DNA of 64,000 nt from Dimorphilus gyrociliatus. Its lineage: Eukaryota > Animalia > Annelida. Location: contig CAJFCJ010000004.1 in assembly GCA_904063045.1 (NCBI GenBank), positions 122,195 through 186,194 on the forward strand, written 5' to 3'. Made by a program: the position numbers and the translations under genes. Shown in pieces: positions 35,838 through 47,825 of the stretch (position 1 is its first letter; each line of letters starts with the position of its first letter). The notes under the pieces were generated by a model. The model saw only the letters and a list, made by a program, of their open reading frames with translations, made no database searches and was not told the origin of the DNA.

Positions 35838-36715
35838 ATGACTTCTACGCAGAAAACAATTATGGTCAAGCCTCAAGTTGTTAAACGCCCCATTGTTGAA
35901 GTGATCGGAGGCTATCACGCGGCAGCGGACACTCTCGCCCATCAAGATTATATTCTCGATCAAGATGAGATCAATAGCGGAAACCCTAGTAAAAAACGCC
36001 GAAGGTTAACCTATCTAAGCCCAGAAGAGAGATTATTAAGGAGAAAGTTGAAAAATCGAGTTGCTGCGCAAATAGCCAGAGATAAGAAGAAGGCAAAAAT
36101 GTCTGAGTTAGAAGAAATGATAGCCAAGTTAGAAGAGCAGAATCGCAAGTTACAAAGTGAAAATTATAATCTAAAGAAAGAAGTTAAAGCTGCTAACGAA
36201 GAAAAGGAGCAATTGAAATGTCAAATGGGTGGTACTATTACCAGAAGATGTAAGGATGAGATCACCGAGTCAGCTGAACTCATTTTTCCTCTGCCGAAGG
36301 AAAGATCTCTTCCTCTTCTTCAGCTAATAGCTCACTTATTCACGACGATCATGACAGTCAACCTGATCTGCTGCAGCAGCTCATTGATCAAATCGAAATC
36401 ATTCCAGATGAAGATGTCGGAGCAAGAAAGACAGCTGAGTTGGATCACAAATACAGCAAGATTAGATCTGAACCTTCAGTTTCAGCTACTCAAGTCGAAG
36501 ACCTGACATTAGAGGAAAGCTTACAAGAATTACAGAAAATCGGATTGAAGTTACTGCAAGATGATGATAATGTTACGTCTGTTCCCTCTCCCCAATCAAT
36601 AGGATCTAATGATCTCTCGTCGGACGACTCTGGATTTTTAAGTGATCAGTTTCTGGATAGTAATTTCACAGATGTTGACTCATACCTTCCCGAACTCTTT
36701 CCTGTATTGTCATGA
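35838..36715 (+). CDS. XBP1: X-box binding protein 1: unspliced form ends 36506, IRE1-spliced form ends 36715
   Basis: bZIP KKRRRLTYLSPEERLLRRKLKNRVAAQIARDKKKAKM. Removing the 20-nt intron shifts into the acidic frame ending YLPELFPVLS*. Confidence 0.95.
36267..36302 (+). other. IRE1 twin-hairpin unconventional splice signal; intron 36274-36293 (20 nt)
   Basis: GAGT-CAGCTGA-ACTC and TTCCT-CTGCCGA-AGGAA are two stems, each with a 7-nt CNG^CNGN loop. Confidence 0.9.
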
Positions 36716-36801
36716 ATATTTTTTTCTTTGTTGTTTATTTTTTGCATGTATTGTATATTTTCAAAGCAAAACTAATATAATAGACGTAAAATTTTCATCA
36801 T

Positions 36802-37800
36802 CTACAAATCGCAAAATTGTTTTGCTCCTTTACATGACCAGGAAGTTTTCCAAACTGCATGATTAGTATGCTCGGTTACATATAATTCGCTGGAATCTGG
36901 CTTGAAGTGAACGTTGCTTACCCTTTCAAAGGGTAGACGTAATCTTTTCTCTAGAATACCTTCCTTGTTGAAAACTTCAATAAATCCTGCTCCCCAGTTA
37001 GCGACGAGTAGTTTTCCATCACTATCCCAGTCCATACCATCAGGTCCCCCTAAGTGATTTCCGGGAACTTTACCCCATTCCTTCCTTTTTCCAATATTGC
37101 CATTGTCCTGGATTTCGTAAGACCACAACGTTTTCGTTCCAGTTTCAGCTACAATAACGAATTCTGGTGTCCCTTTACTTGAATGACTTACCGCAATACC
37201 ATTGGGGAAAGCAAGTCCTTCATCAAATTTGATTATTTCTTTAGATTTGGTATTCAAACGGTACACTGATCCAAATTTGAAAGGTGATCCATCATTTTTA
37301 TCTATCGATCTTTCGTAGGGGTTGGGTGCAATCTTTCCCGCGGGGGCCGTTATCCACAAAAAACCATTATAATCAAAAATCAAGTCATTGCATCCCTGCA
37401 TTGTTTCGCCATCTTTATCTGTTTTACAATATTGTTCAAAAGTTTTGGAATTGATATCAATTCTTAAGAGGCCAAGGCGCATATCAGAAACCCATAGATA
37501 CCCTTCCTGGTCAATTTGGCATCCTGCTGGAACTCCTCCATATCCATCAACATTTGGTGTGCAAATAACGCTTTGCTGTAAAATTTTCATCATTAGCTAA
37601 AGATATAGCAAAAATAATCTGCCTACTTCTCCATTAGCAAGGTTTATTTCTACAATCTGGCCTGCATGTTGATCATCAACCATACGTTCAGGACTTACAG
37701 CAAAAAATCGACCTTGGGGGGTGAATATCGGCCCCTCAGCTCCTGGTAGCAAATCGGTAAGTTTTGTGAATTCAGCTTCAACGATGGGCGTTTCATTCAT
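36802..37800 (-). CDS. Diisopropyl-fluorophosphatase (DFPase)-like six-bladed beta-propeller, SMP-30/gluconolactonase superfamily (exons 37800-37627, 37575-36802; 315 aa)
   Basis: PGAEGPIF, YGGVPAGCQ, DMRLGLL, MQGCNDL.FDY.G.LWITAPAG, FPNGIAV.H, GG.DGMD.D, SNVHFKP, VTEH..HAVWK and GAKQFC run colinear with squid DFPase as recalled. Confidence 0.88.
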
Positions 37801-38815
37801 ATTGTTATTGATTTAAATCCTGGCACAATACTAAGAACAAAACGTATAATCTGGGAGGAGTTTCAAATACAAATTATTCAATTTTTCTTATGAATTGAAT
37901 AGTATCCACATTAATTCAATTTTTTTTCTAATTTATATCACAACAAACACGGATAACCGTAATACAGAATATTTTTCAGGTATTTAAATATTAATTAGGC
38001 TATTAAATCCCAATGGAAAGTAGGCGTCGAATTTTTTCATCAATAATAAGTTTTGATACTTAGGTATTACAAATATTAAAAATACTATCACAATATAATC
38101 CGTTGAGATAAGACAAAGCCATAAGCAGCTTTACACCTATATAATAATCGGTTTTTTTAAAGCTAGAAAGTGTTGTAAAACATTTGAAGAGAATAAAATC
38201 GATACTTTTCCTATCATTTACTAATACAATACGATTGAAGATACTGATTTGGCAACTGTTGGTTTGTTGGTTCGTTCATTGTTTATCTAAGGTATGATAG
38301 TCCTCAAAATTTATTGAGATTATTTGAGAGAAAGGTAATCAATATGTAATTGACATATTTTTCCAAGTGTATTTATTTGGTGTTTCTTATTATTTTAATT
38401 GAATTGATTATCGAGATTGTGTAGACTATAAGAAGAAAAAATGAGGGATTAGTTGCACTCAATGTAGTATTTGTTTTTACTTTTTGGTTATGTTTCTTTT
38501 CCTGAAGGAGTTAGTTTATTGATTATTTGTCAGGTATTACTGAAATATATCTTATCGTTTCAGCTATCTAAAAAATGTGAATAGTTTAAAACTTTGAAAA
38601 AGTTAGCTTTTTAGGCTCATTCGATTGAATGACAGTATAATGAAACATTTTTATTTTCTACAACAATGGTCTTTCGAATTACTAAACATTTATCTATGAT
38701 TATTTACTCACTACAGAAAGCCCTTACAATCAGTCAGTTTGTCGTCTGATACAGCACGTGATCTAGTATCATGTGATAAATTGAAACTGGTAAACACGGT
38801 AGCAGACGAAACAAA

Positions 38816-41800
38816 ATGTCGTCTCTAGTAGGTCGCGGTAGTCGTAACTTTAAAAGATTTCGACGGAGTAAGTGTTTAATTACTTTTAAACTGTATGTGA
38901 TATAGTGAAAAAAAATTTAAATAACCAGATCGACGCGACAGTTCAGAAGATTATGTATCATTGGATTATAAACGACGTAAGATATAAAATTGAATTGCAA
39001 TTAACCCGAAAATTGGTACATGAATCGATCTGAGAATAAGTTTTTATTTTTTAAACATAATCACAACTTGATGATTTTAATAGATTATTACTTATATGAA
39101 TAAAAATGGATTTTAAACGGCGTTCTCAAATCGACGCTTTGTACCGCCTGACCTCTGTTTTGGTTGGGTACGAATCGATGGTTAGTTTATATATATATAG
39201 TTCGTTTTTTTATTCCAGCACCGATAGAGAATATAAGAGAACTTTTAGAGTCTATAGTTAAACCAAATACCGGCAAAGTTAAGAAATTGGGAAGTTTAAA
39301 TGCTTTGGCAAGATTTATTGCAAGATTACCTGTTTACGCTTGTTTGGGATATTCTTTGCATGATATATTAACATGGTTAATATTTTTTTCCATATATTTT
39401 CTGATGCTACATAAAATATATATATATATATATATTTGATATTCGATTGCTTTAAGAATGCTTTAGGCAAACGGTTCGACCGTGCAAAGCAAATTTAAAG
39501 GAAACTAACTATCTTACGGGCTTGTTTCTGGTCGGATATTACCTAACAGATTCGTCTAATAGATTTTACTTTACTTGAATTAAAAATTTCTATAAACTAA
39601 TTTTATTTATATTATATTCCATCTTTGATTGTTACAGCCTGCAGGTGGCACTATGTCAAGATTCGAAAGAAGTTCGAACAGCATGTCTTAGGGCAATAAG
39701 ATTCCTATGCCGTAATCCAGAGACAGTATATGTCATAATGGAATTAAATATAGACTTTTTAATAGTACGCAGTTTAGACATTTGTCTTGATAATGATATG
39801 GAAAGAATGCACGCTTTAAGGCTTATAAGGAAGATTATGCTTACCGCTCCAACATCTATGCCTTCGTCCTTTGTCCGTTGCCTAATATCTATTGCTAATT
39901 ACGAGGGTGTGCCAAGCCAAAATCGGGACAAATTTATAAATGTGTGCTTAGCGACAGTGTGTGAATTATGCTATTTAAATTCTCAATTAGCAGCTTCTCA
40001 TTACGCAATCGGGACTATCCTTAAAGCTGCACTAGATTGTACTGATCCTTCGCGGAATGAGGCACTTATTTCGACTGTCCTCTACTTATTAAATAGGCCT
40101 TCTACTCGCAAGTTCATAATGAATGATGTTGATTTGGAATTTTTACTCGCAGCATTCACGGATCATACTGTTGCTGGATCTAGTCAAAACGAGCATTTAG
40201 GGTGAATATTTTGAAAACATATGCATTTTCACAGATTTATAATCTCTGTTTTATAGGGATTCTTGGGATAATCGCTTTAATGGCAGCAAATTAGCGATTT
40301 GTACTATTTTCAAGTCATGGCCAGGCTTAGTTAGATTATGTCGGCCAAATGGGTCAGGTTTACAATCTTTATTAGGAGTGCTAAGATTACCACTATCAGG
40401 AGTTCGCAAAGAAATAATTGATATTCTTTTTGATGTCTTCCGCCTGCAAACGCCTATATGGACGCCAGATTTTTCAATTGCACTATCCAGTATTGATAGT
40501 TCGGCTACTAAAGAAACTTGGAAATTATCAGAGGGATTCGTCGGCGAAGAAGGAAAAGCAATACTCCCCCATTTAGCAAAAACTAGACCTAATCTAGTTG
40601 ATAATCACGTTGCAGCCCTTTTGGTAGCCTTTTTAAAGTCAGGTTTATTAGAGGTAATGGAAACTTGGCGTATTTGGAAAGGTTTTGTCCGTTTTAATTA
40701 AGTTTTAATTTTTCAGACTTTGGTAGTGGTCATTACGACCAGTAAGGATGAAGTATCTGTCCGAGCAACCATTCTGTTGGGTCAAATTTTACATTTAGCT
40801 AATTCCTTATTACCTGTTGAAATTGCTCAATATAGTCATTGTTTACCAACACTTGTGAAAATGACGTCATCTCCAGACGTTGATCCACAACAAAGGGACC
40901 GGGCCAATAGGGCCGTTAAATGTTTAGATCGATTACATTCTATGAAGAGACGGGGACCAGTTCCATACAGCCTTTATTTAGATGCTATTGTACAAAGATC
41001 ATCTGAAGGATACGAACAAATGTATAAGCCTTTGCACTTGAACACCGAAAAATTGTTATTTTGCGTAGATAAAAATGCTGATCATGACGTTATTAGCCAA
41101 GCAATAAGAGAAAGCGGTGTCTTGTCCTACAAGGAAGTGGTCAGTTGGAATTGGCACATAATATGTTCAATTTTAAAATGGCCAGATGAGGAATTGAGGA
41201 AATTAGAGGATGAAGCCAATAAAAAGTTCATAAGAAGGATTGTTAATTTTTTTAAACCAACCTCTCGCCAATTTTCAACAATCAGTTACTTTTACGAAGG
41301 GGGAAGAACGTTAGCTCTAGCCGGTTGTCATTTAGTTGATTTTCTATTGGATTGCGATGAATTGGAAGGTAGAAGATTCGCTGAAGATTGGTTAGACGAT
41401 ATTGCAGCTTGTATCGAGGAGATAAAAGTTCCCAGAGCAACTGCAAATTTACTTTTTTCACCAGATAATGTTCGAAAAAATTTAAGTCAATATTATTTTC
41501 TATTTATTGGACGATTTTCCGCAAGTTTAAAAGGAGAGAAATTACTTAAAGAACAAGGAGTTTTTCATTGTTTATTGGATTTAATGACAATTTCTCAGCA
41601 CGATACCTACGTTAAATTAATAGTTTCAACTCTCGATTATTCTAGAGATGGCTTTACTAGAGTCATTTTGTCCAGAGGATTAACAGCTACATCTGAATCA
41701 GCAAGATTATATATAACAACATTTATGAGAGTTTTGCTAAGAGCACGTTCGCCATTTTTTAGTAGTTGGGGTATAGAGAAACTCGTTCAGCAATTATGCG

Positions 41801-44453
41801 ATCAAAGTAAACCAGTTGTTATGGAGGCCCTTAGCGTTTTAAATGAGGCTTGTGAAGAACAAGTGAACATTAATAATCTTGTTTCTCATAAACCAGCCGT
41901 GTTACATTTAGGGGCCAAAGGAGAATTACTGCTCGCAAGATTTTTATCTGTTCCTGCTGGCTTTCAATATCTTAGTGAAATGAATTACGTACAAAACGAA
42001 CTAGATAAATGGCATGCAAACTTCAACTTAAAGTATGTTCATATCGTTGAAGAGTGTTTGAATGATGCTTTAATGGTATTTGAAAAGGGACCAGATGGAA
42101 CTTTCGCTAGGCGGAGCCAAAGAAGAAAGCCAAGAATGGACGCGTACGTTCCCGTTCATTTATATGGGGAATTGGTTCAGCATAAAGTGGGGTTTGACCT
42201 TTTGAATAGACAATCATATATAAGAGACTATTTTAGTGCTGTCAGAAGAGGTTGCGTTGATAGTGAAGATGAAATACTTCGCTTAAAGGCATCACTATGG
42301 GTCGTTGGTCATATATGCACGTCTGTCTGGGGTGTAAATATTGTTAAGACACAAGGAAGCGTTTCCGATATTGTAAGACTTGCAGAAGAATGTCCCGTTT
42401 ATTCTGTTCGTGGAACTGCTTTCTATGTTTTAGGTTTAGTTGGTTCAACTTCAAAAGGTGCCATGCTATTGCAATTGGAAAATTGGTTAACTGTAAGACA
42501 TAAGGGTTCAGATGTTTGGCCCGTTGTCGAGAAACGGCCTAGAGCAATTCTTGAAAGTCACGGCGATGACCGTTCAGTTAGTAGTCTAAGTGTTTGCTCA
42601 GAGAAATCTGGTATAAGCGTTGAACAAACTCCAATACCAAATTTAGAAGAAAAGTTAGAAAAGAAGAGAACTGAGCGAGATTCGGGCCATGGATCGTCTA
42701 AACCAGCTTCGTTTTATTTGGATACAGAGCAACACAGCCATAGCGTTCCTGTGGAAGTTAAAATATTAGAAAGTTCTCCAACAACAGAGTTACCTAATCG
42801 CGGTAGCGCTCCTGCAGCCCCTTCCCTATCTCATAATACATCAGGTTTTTCATCTCAAGATGAATCGCCCAATCTTTCTCCTCAGGCATCCTTTATTAAA
42901 CATAGAACAAAGAAAAAGATTGTGCATTCACCGGAAAACGATGAAGAAGGCTATGCAACAATCCGTCAACTACGTCAATTGCGTTCATCGTTTGATATAC
43001 AAGACTCTAATTCGAGTTCACCTTTATTCTGGGATGATATGAACCCTTTGGTATCTGACGTTCGAACAAAAAGATTAAGGTATTTAATAAGTATACTTAA
43101 AATTTTAATCAGCAAATAAAAGATATTTAATCATAACTAAGGACTGGATTTCTAAAAAAAGAACATAGTATTCTCCTCAGAGAATACAGAATAAATATTA
43201 ATTTAAGCACTAGAGAGAGTAGAATTCCAGTCTATATTTATATAAGTTACACCTTCATGTTGATTGTGAAAAAAAACAAGCTAAACTGATTCAGATCGCC
43301 TGTTCGATCGCGCTCAACAAATTCGTTCACAGCTCGAAAATTGATTTCAAGTATAAGAAAGAGTAGTTTATTATCATGGTTGGTGCAGTTTGAAGATTCT
43401 CCTCTAACACCCAGCCGCTTTTTTTCGTTTCTTTTTTTTTAAATTCTGTTATGAGCTTAATTTAGTAAGCTTTATTATTTTACTAACTGATCAAATGTTC
43501 CTTATCTATCCCAATTATTTTCGTTATCAAATTGCTTAGTCCTCGTAGTTGTATTTCTTGTAGTTTCATTCTCTAGTGCATGAATAGTTTTGGTCTTAAG
43601 ATCTGCTTCTTTTTTTTTAATTTGTATTATTTTTTGAATATCAACATATCATTAATTGCTTTTTTAATCCTGTTTATCAACAAATATAGTTCAGGAGGAT
43701 TACCGAGCGCTGCTGTTAGTGTTACTTCGTTTGATATAGACGTCCCTCATAATTATTCGCAGACAACTCTTGATACGAATGTTAGAACCAATTCCTCTAC
43801 GACATCCGGTAGGGCCGAATATATTGGAATCGCTCTACCAGCAGAGATTAACCTGTTATTGGAAAGTGACGACCCTCCGCGAAATGAAGAAACACATTAT
43901 CCTAATGGAAAAACGATTGCTGATGCATCAGCCGAAATTCATAAACATCAAGAAAAATTTTGCCTGGAATGTTTAGGGGAGCCGAAGGAGGATACAATAT
44001 ATAATATAACAAATTCAACTCAAATGAATGAAGAAACTCCTGAAGGACGATTTTTAATAAGGAAAGAGTGCTTACGATTAATTGTCAATTTAAGTAGTTC
44101 CGTTGGTGCCAAAAAAGTTTCAGAACCGGGACTTTTACAGTAAGTAGTTTATTATTGAGATTTTTGATGCAATTATTGCTAAATTATTAAAACTTTATAG
44201 ATTAAAACAAAAATTTAAATCAACGTTTGAGAATGCTTGCTTATTCTCTGATGTTTGCTATCTGTTGGCAAACTATAATTATAGAATAAATGCTCGTCGT
44301 TTCATACAAGAATTATTTCAAGATGTAAAATGTGACTTCCTCCTAAAACGGGCCCAGAAAATTCTTGGTTTACACACCTCTGCACAAAGATCTGATTCGT
44401 TGTCTTCTAGAGAGTTTGTTCTGGTCGAAAATAGAGAAGAATCAAATGTATAA
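38816..44453 (+). CDS. RICTOR: Rapamycin-insensitive companion of mTOR
   Basis: EVRTACLRAIRF, RSLDICLDNDMERMHALRLIRK, LKASLWVVGHI, YSVRGTAFYVLGLV, YIGIALP, LIRKECLRLIVNLSSSV and YRINARRFIQELFQDV motifs across many canonical introns. Confidence 0.94.
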
Positions 44454-44888
44454 TGTTGGTTTGCTCAAGTGATTAAAAGAAACTATGCACTTTATCGGTG
44501 CTTGTGATAATTGTTTGTTGTTGCACAAAATTGCATTTATTATACAAGTACTATAAATAGGACGTCGTACACTATCTGACTTCCGCTAGCGCCGTCTGTG
44601 TTTAATAGAGTCGTAAAGGCAATAATTAAAAGATAAAATATACAGTATTAACTGACTCCATCAAAAACAGGCTGGTTTAAGATCAACGTTTTGTGATCAT
44701 TTTGTCGTGCATGATGAACTCTTGAATAATTTTGCGTGCTAAAATTGGCGCTGAGAGATCAAACATTTGATGAACGACACTTGTCTATGGGAAGTTAGAA
44801 ACAAAAAAATACAGTCTTTCTATATCATCCAATAATAATAATAAACGTATAAAAAATATAATAAACGACTATATACAAAACAGTACTT

Positions 44889-46705
44889 TCATGGATTGTT
44901 TGGTACTTCAATCACGCGAATTTCTGTATTTATGGGTTTTATCTTGCTTTCTTTTTTTGGTATAGATTCAATAACGATTTGTTGAATTTCTTTACGTTCC
45001 TCTTGGCGTTCTTTTCTAGGTGTTCTTTTAAATTGCTTCGGCGCATTTTCAACTTGAATTTCGATTCCTGTACCTACAGTAACGTCCTCTAAAACAATTG
45101 TACTTTCATTAGCTGGTTTTTCAGAATTTTCCATTTTCCTTTTTGGAGGTCTCCCTCTTTTAGCAGGTAAATAACCAGTTACCCACGATTGATTATTGTC
45201 TACTTTTGTCGTTTCTTCACTTTTTCTCATATCTTTAAGCATTCTCTCATGTTCTGCCATTTCCATATCTGCTATTGTTAACGTTTGTTTTTCTACTTTC
45301 TTTTCAATATCTTCTAAGTATTGATCGAGGCCCCCCTCAGGCTCCGCATCTGTTTGAGGATCATAATGCATAATTTCTTTTTCAATTTCTGCGTAATTAG
45401 GTAAAGGTAATGTCTTTAAGTTTCTTTTCTCGTCAGGCAGTCGGGCCCCGCACTCATACGCTTCGTTAGACAGATAGTACATCCAAGGTGAGCAAAACAC
45501 TCTTCGACATTCTATCGGATCAACTGGACTTGGTCTATATAAAAGTCCAGAAAGCATTGAAGTTGTATTTTCAGAATAAGAAACATTTGAATTGACTCGT
45601 TGAATTGTTGTTGTTTTTGAACCTCTTGGACGTCCTGGTCCACGAATACCTGACTGTAATGATCCCCTTTCTGTTCTAGTTATAAATTCTGATCGTTGCA
45701 TGTTTCTGAAAGCAAAAATTCATAAATTTAAAACATATCCGAAAGGATGAGAGAGAATTTCCAAAGAAAGTTTGATAATCCATTAGGTTTTTTCTACCTT
45801 CACTCAAATTACATTAAAAAACATAAATATTTCAGAGTATTGATAATATGTTTGCACCTATATGCAAATTAAACAACTTACTTAAATTTAGGATGATTCT
45901 TGTGTTTCGCTTGAACATGATCGTACAGTTGTGATGGTGCGGTGAACAGTAACTCAAAACAGAAAGGGCAAGAGTACAAGACGACTTCTTTAGTTTTATT
46001 GTTTCCCTTCAAGGACATAATATCTCCATCGACTTCTATCCGTTTTTTCATACCAGGAACAGTCATATATGTCTTTTTACCATCAATTTCTTCAACAGTT
46101 GCTGAATTTGTTATTTCAGTTGGATTTCTAAGATTTTTTTCAGAACTGGTATTTGCAACATTTGAGAACTCATATTGCAGATTATCAGCTGCTGCATTTG
46201 CTTCTGATTCCCCAGCTATAGGTTTTGTTTGGTCTTTATTTTCATGAACAATTGCCCCATATTTAGTTAATTCAGCGAAGTTATTTAAACCACTATTTAA
46301 CAATGCAATAACAACCTCTTGATTCTGAACTGGACATTCGACGACTACTTCTTTATTTCCATAATCTACTAGAAGGTTAACTTTTTCTGAACTGTCACAA
46401 ACAGAATTATTTTGGGTTTCTTCATGAACATGATCCTTATATGGTGAATCATCGTCAAGAATTAGTGTAATAGCTTGATTCCCTTTTCCCACTGACTGTG
46501 CGACTGCTTGGCAAGCTTCCATCGCTTGGTTAACATCCATATCAAGAGCAAGAGCTAACTGAAATTGTGTTCCATCTGAAGTGCTAAATGTTAATTTATT
46601 CGTTTTCTCTTCAGGCACATTTTGCAAGTCCTCATTGCTATTTTGCAGCCCCTGTAATATTAACATCATAGCAATACACTCATTAGTATCGCGATTATAA
46701 ATCAC
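44889..46705 (-). CDS. Uncharacterised nuclear protein with one C2H2-like finger and two AT-hook-like motifs; 5' end unresolved
   Basis: ORFs 45878-46705 and 44889-45701 can be joined in frame (donor after 45882, acceptor before 45705). Motifs: YSCPFC-x12-H-x4-H, GPGRPRG, KRGRPPKRK. Confidence 0.6.
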
Positions 46706-47825
46706 AAAGAAAACCCCTTAAAAAATTTTACTTCCTTTTAAGAGATATAAATCGTATATTTCACGAGATTTAACTTCTATGGTTATTTAAATGATTTATA
46801 ACTAGATAATGTCTGAAAAGCAATACCTCTTTAAGAGTGCCTGAGCCGTTCCTTTCCATAGTCAGAATTGTTGATTTTCTGGAAAAAAATATTTCATATC
46901 AGTGTGAAAACTAGTTTTAGAAAGTTCAAACCCTTTATTTTATCATGAACTAAAGGACTACTACTAGAATTTATCTTAAAAAAACATTAAGGTTTACACA
47001 CGAATATAAAGAACACAGTGGATTAAATACAGTTTTCAGTTATATCATATTAAAAATGATTTAAACTTAATGTGATTAAATACGTTAATATCTCTATACT
47101 TCCTTTGTGAAACTGACCTATAACATTTATGGTATTTCTTTAAGGGTCGTTTATAGGCAATTAATAGACCCAAAAGTTATTAGGCGAATCCAAAATGTAG
47201 AAATTTTCCAAGCATGAATTATTTCAGAGAAACTAGAGCTCTAAAAATTCCAAGAATTAAGTAAAATATTAAACAAATTATCTTCTTTTTTGAAAAGATT
47301 TTCTAGTTTCCTAAGTTAACAAGTAAATTTTAATAAATTTAACCTAAAATATCAGCTCCCAAAATGGAGGATCTTATCTGTTAATTTGGTGAAGGAGGAC
47401 TCTTTAGCAATAATAAAAAAACTTAATTTTTCATTTTGTAAATTTGACGCTAATACAAATTGGAAAATTAAATTGACTAGGTTTTTATTTCTACCTACTG
47501 TTAAATCTAGAAAAAAAATAACAGAAGTATTGATAGTAACCACCCCGAACTCTTGAAATGAAATCGTCCGAACGCTTATTAATGAGGTTTCGTATTCCTG
47601 ATTGAAAGTATGCAGATCAAGAACGGTAATGAACAATGACAGGAAATAAAAACTAACCGGTTATACTACCCATTTTGTTACAACCAATGAGCATTGAGCT
47701 GCTGACCTATGTGACCCGAAAATATTTACTAATACGCCACTTATTATGCTAGTCAGTCATACATGCGATATATGTTCGAAGACTAATAAAGCTTGAAATA
47801 CTTTTCTGCACTATCTCATTTTAAA

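Noticed and set aside
43295-43350. Possible extra RICTOR exon (RSPVRSRSTNSFTARKLIS)
   Set aside because: AG/GT bounded but 56 nt, so it breaks frame with the next exon; no compensating partner exon was found.
47352-47636. 94-aa minus-strand ORF
   Set aside because: No motifs; more likely a 5' UTR exon and intron of the zinc-finger/AT-hook gene.
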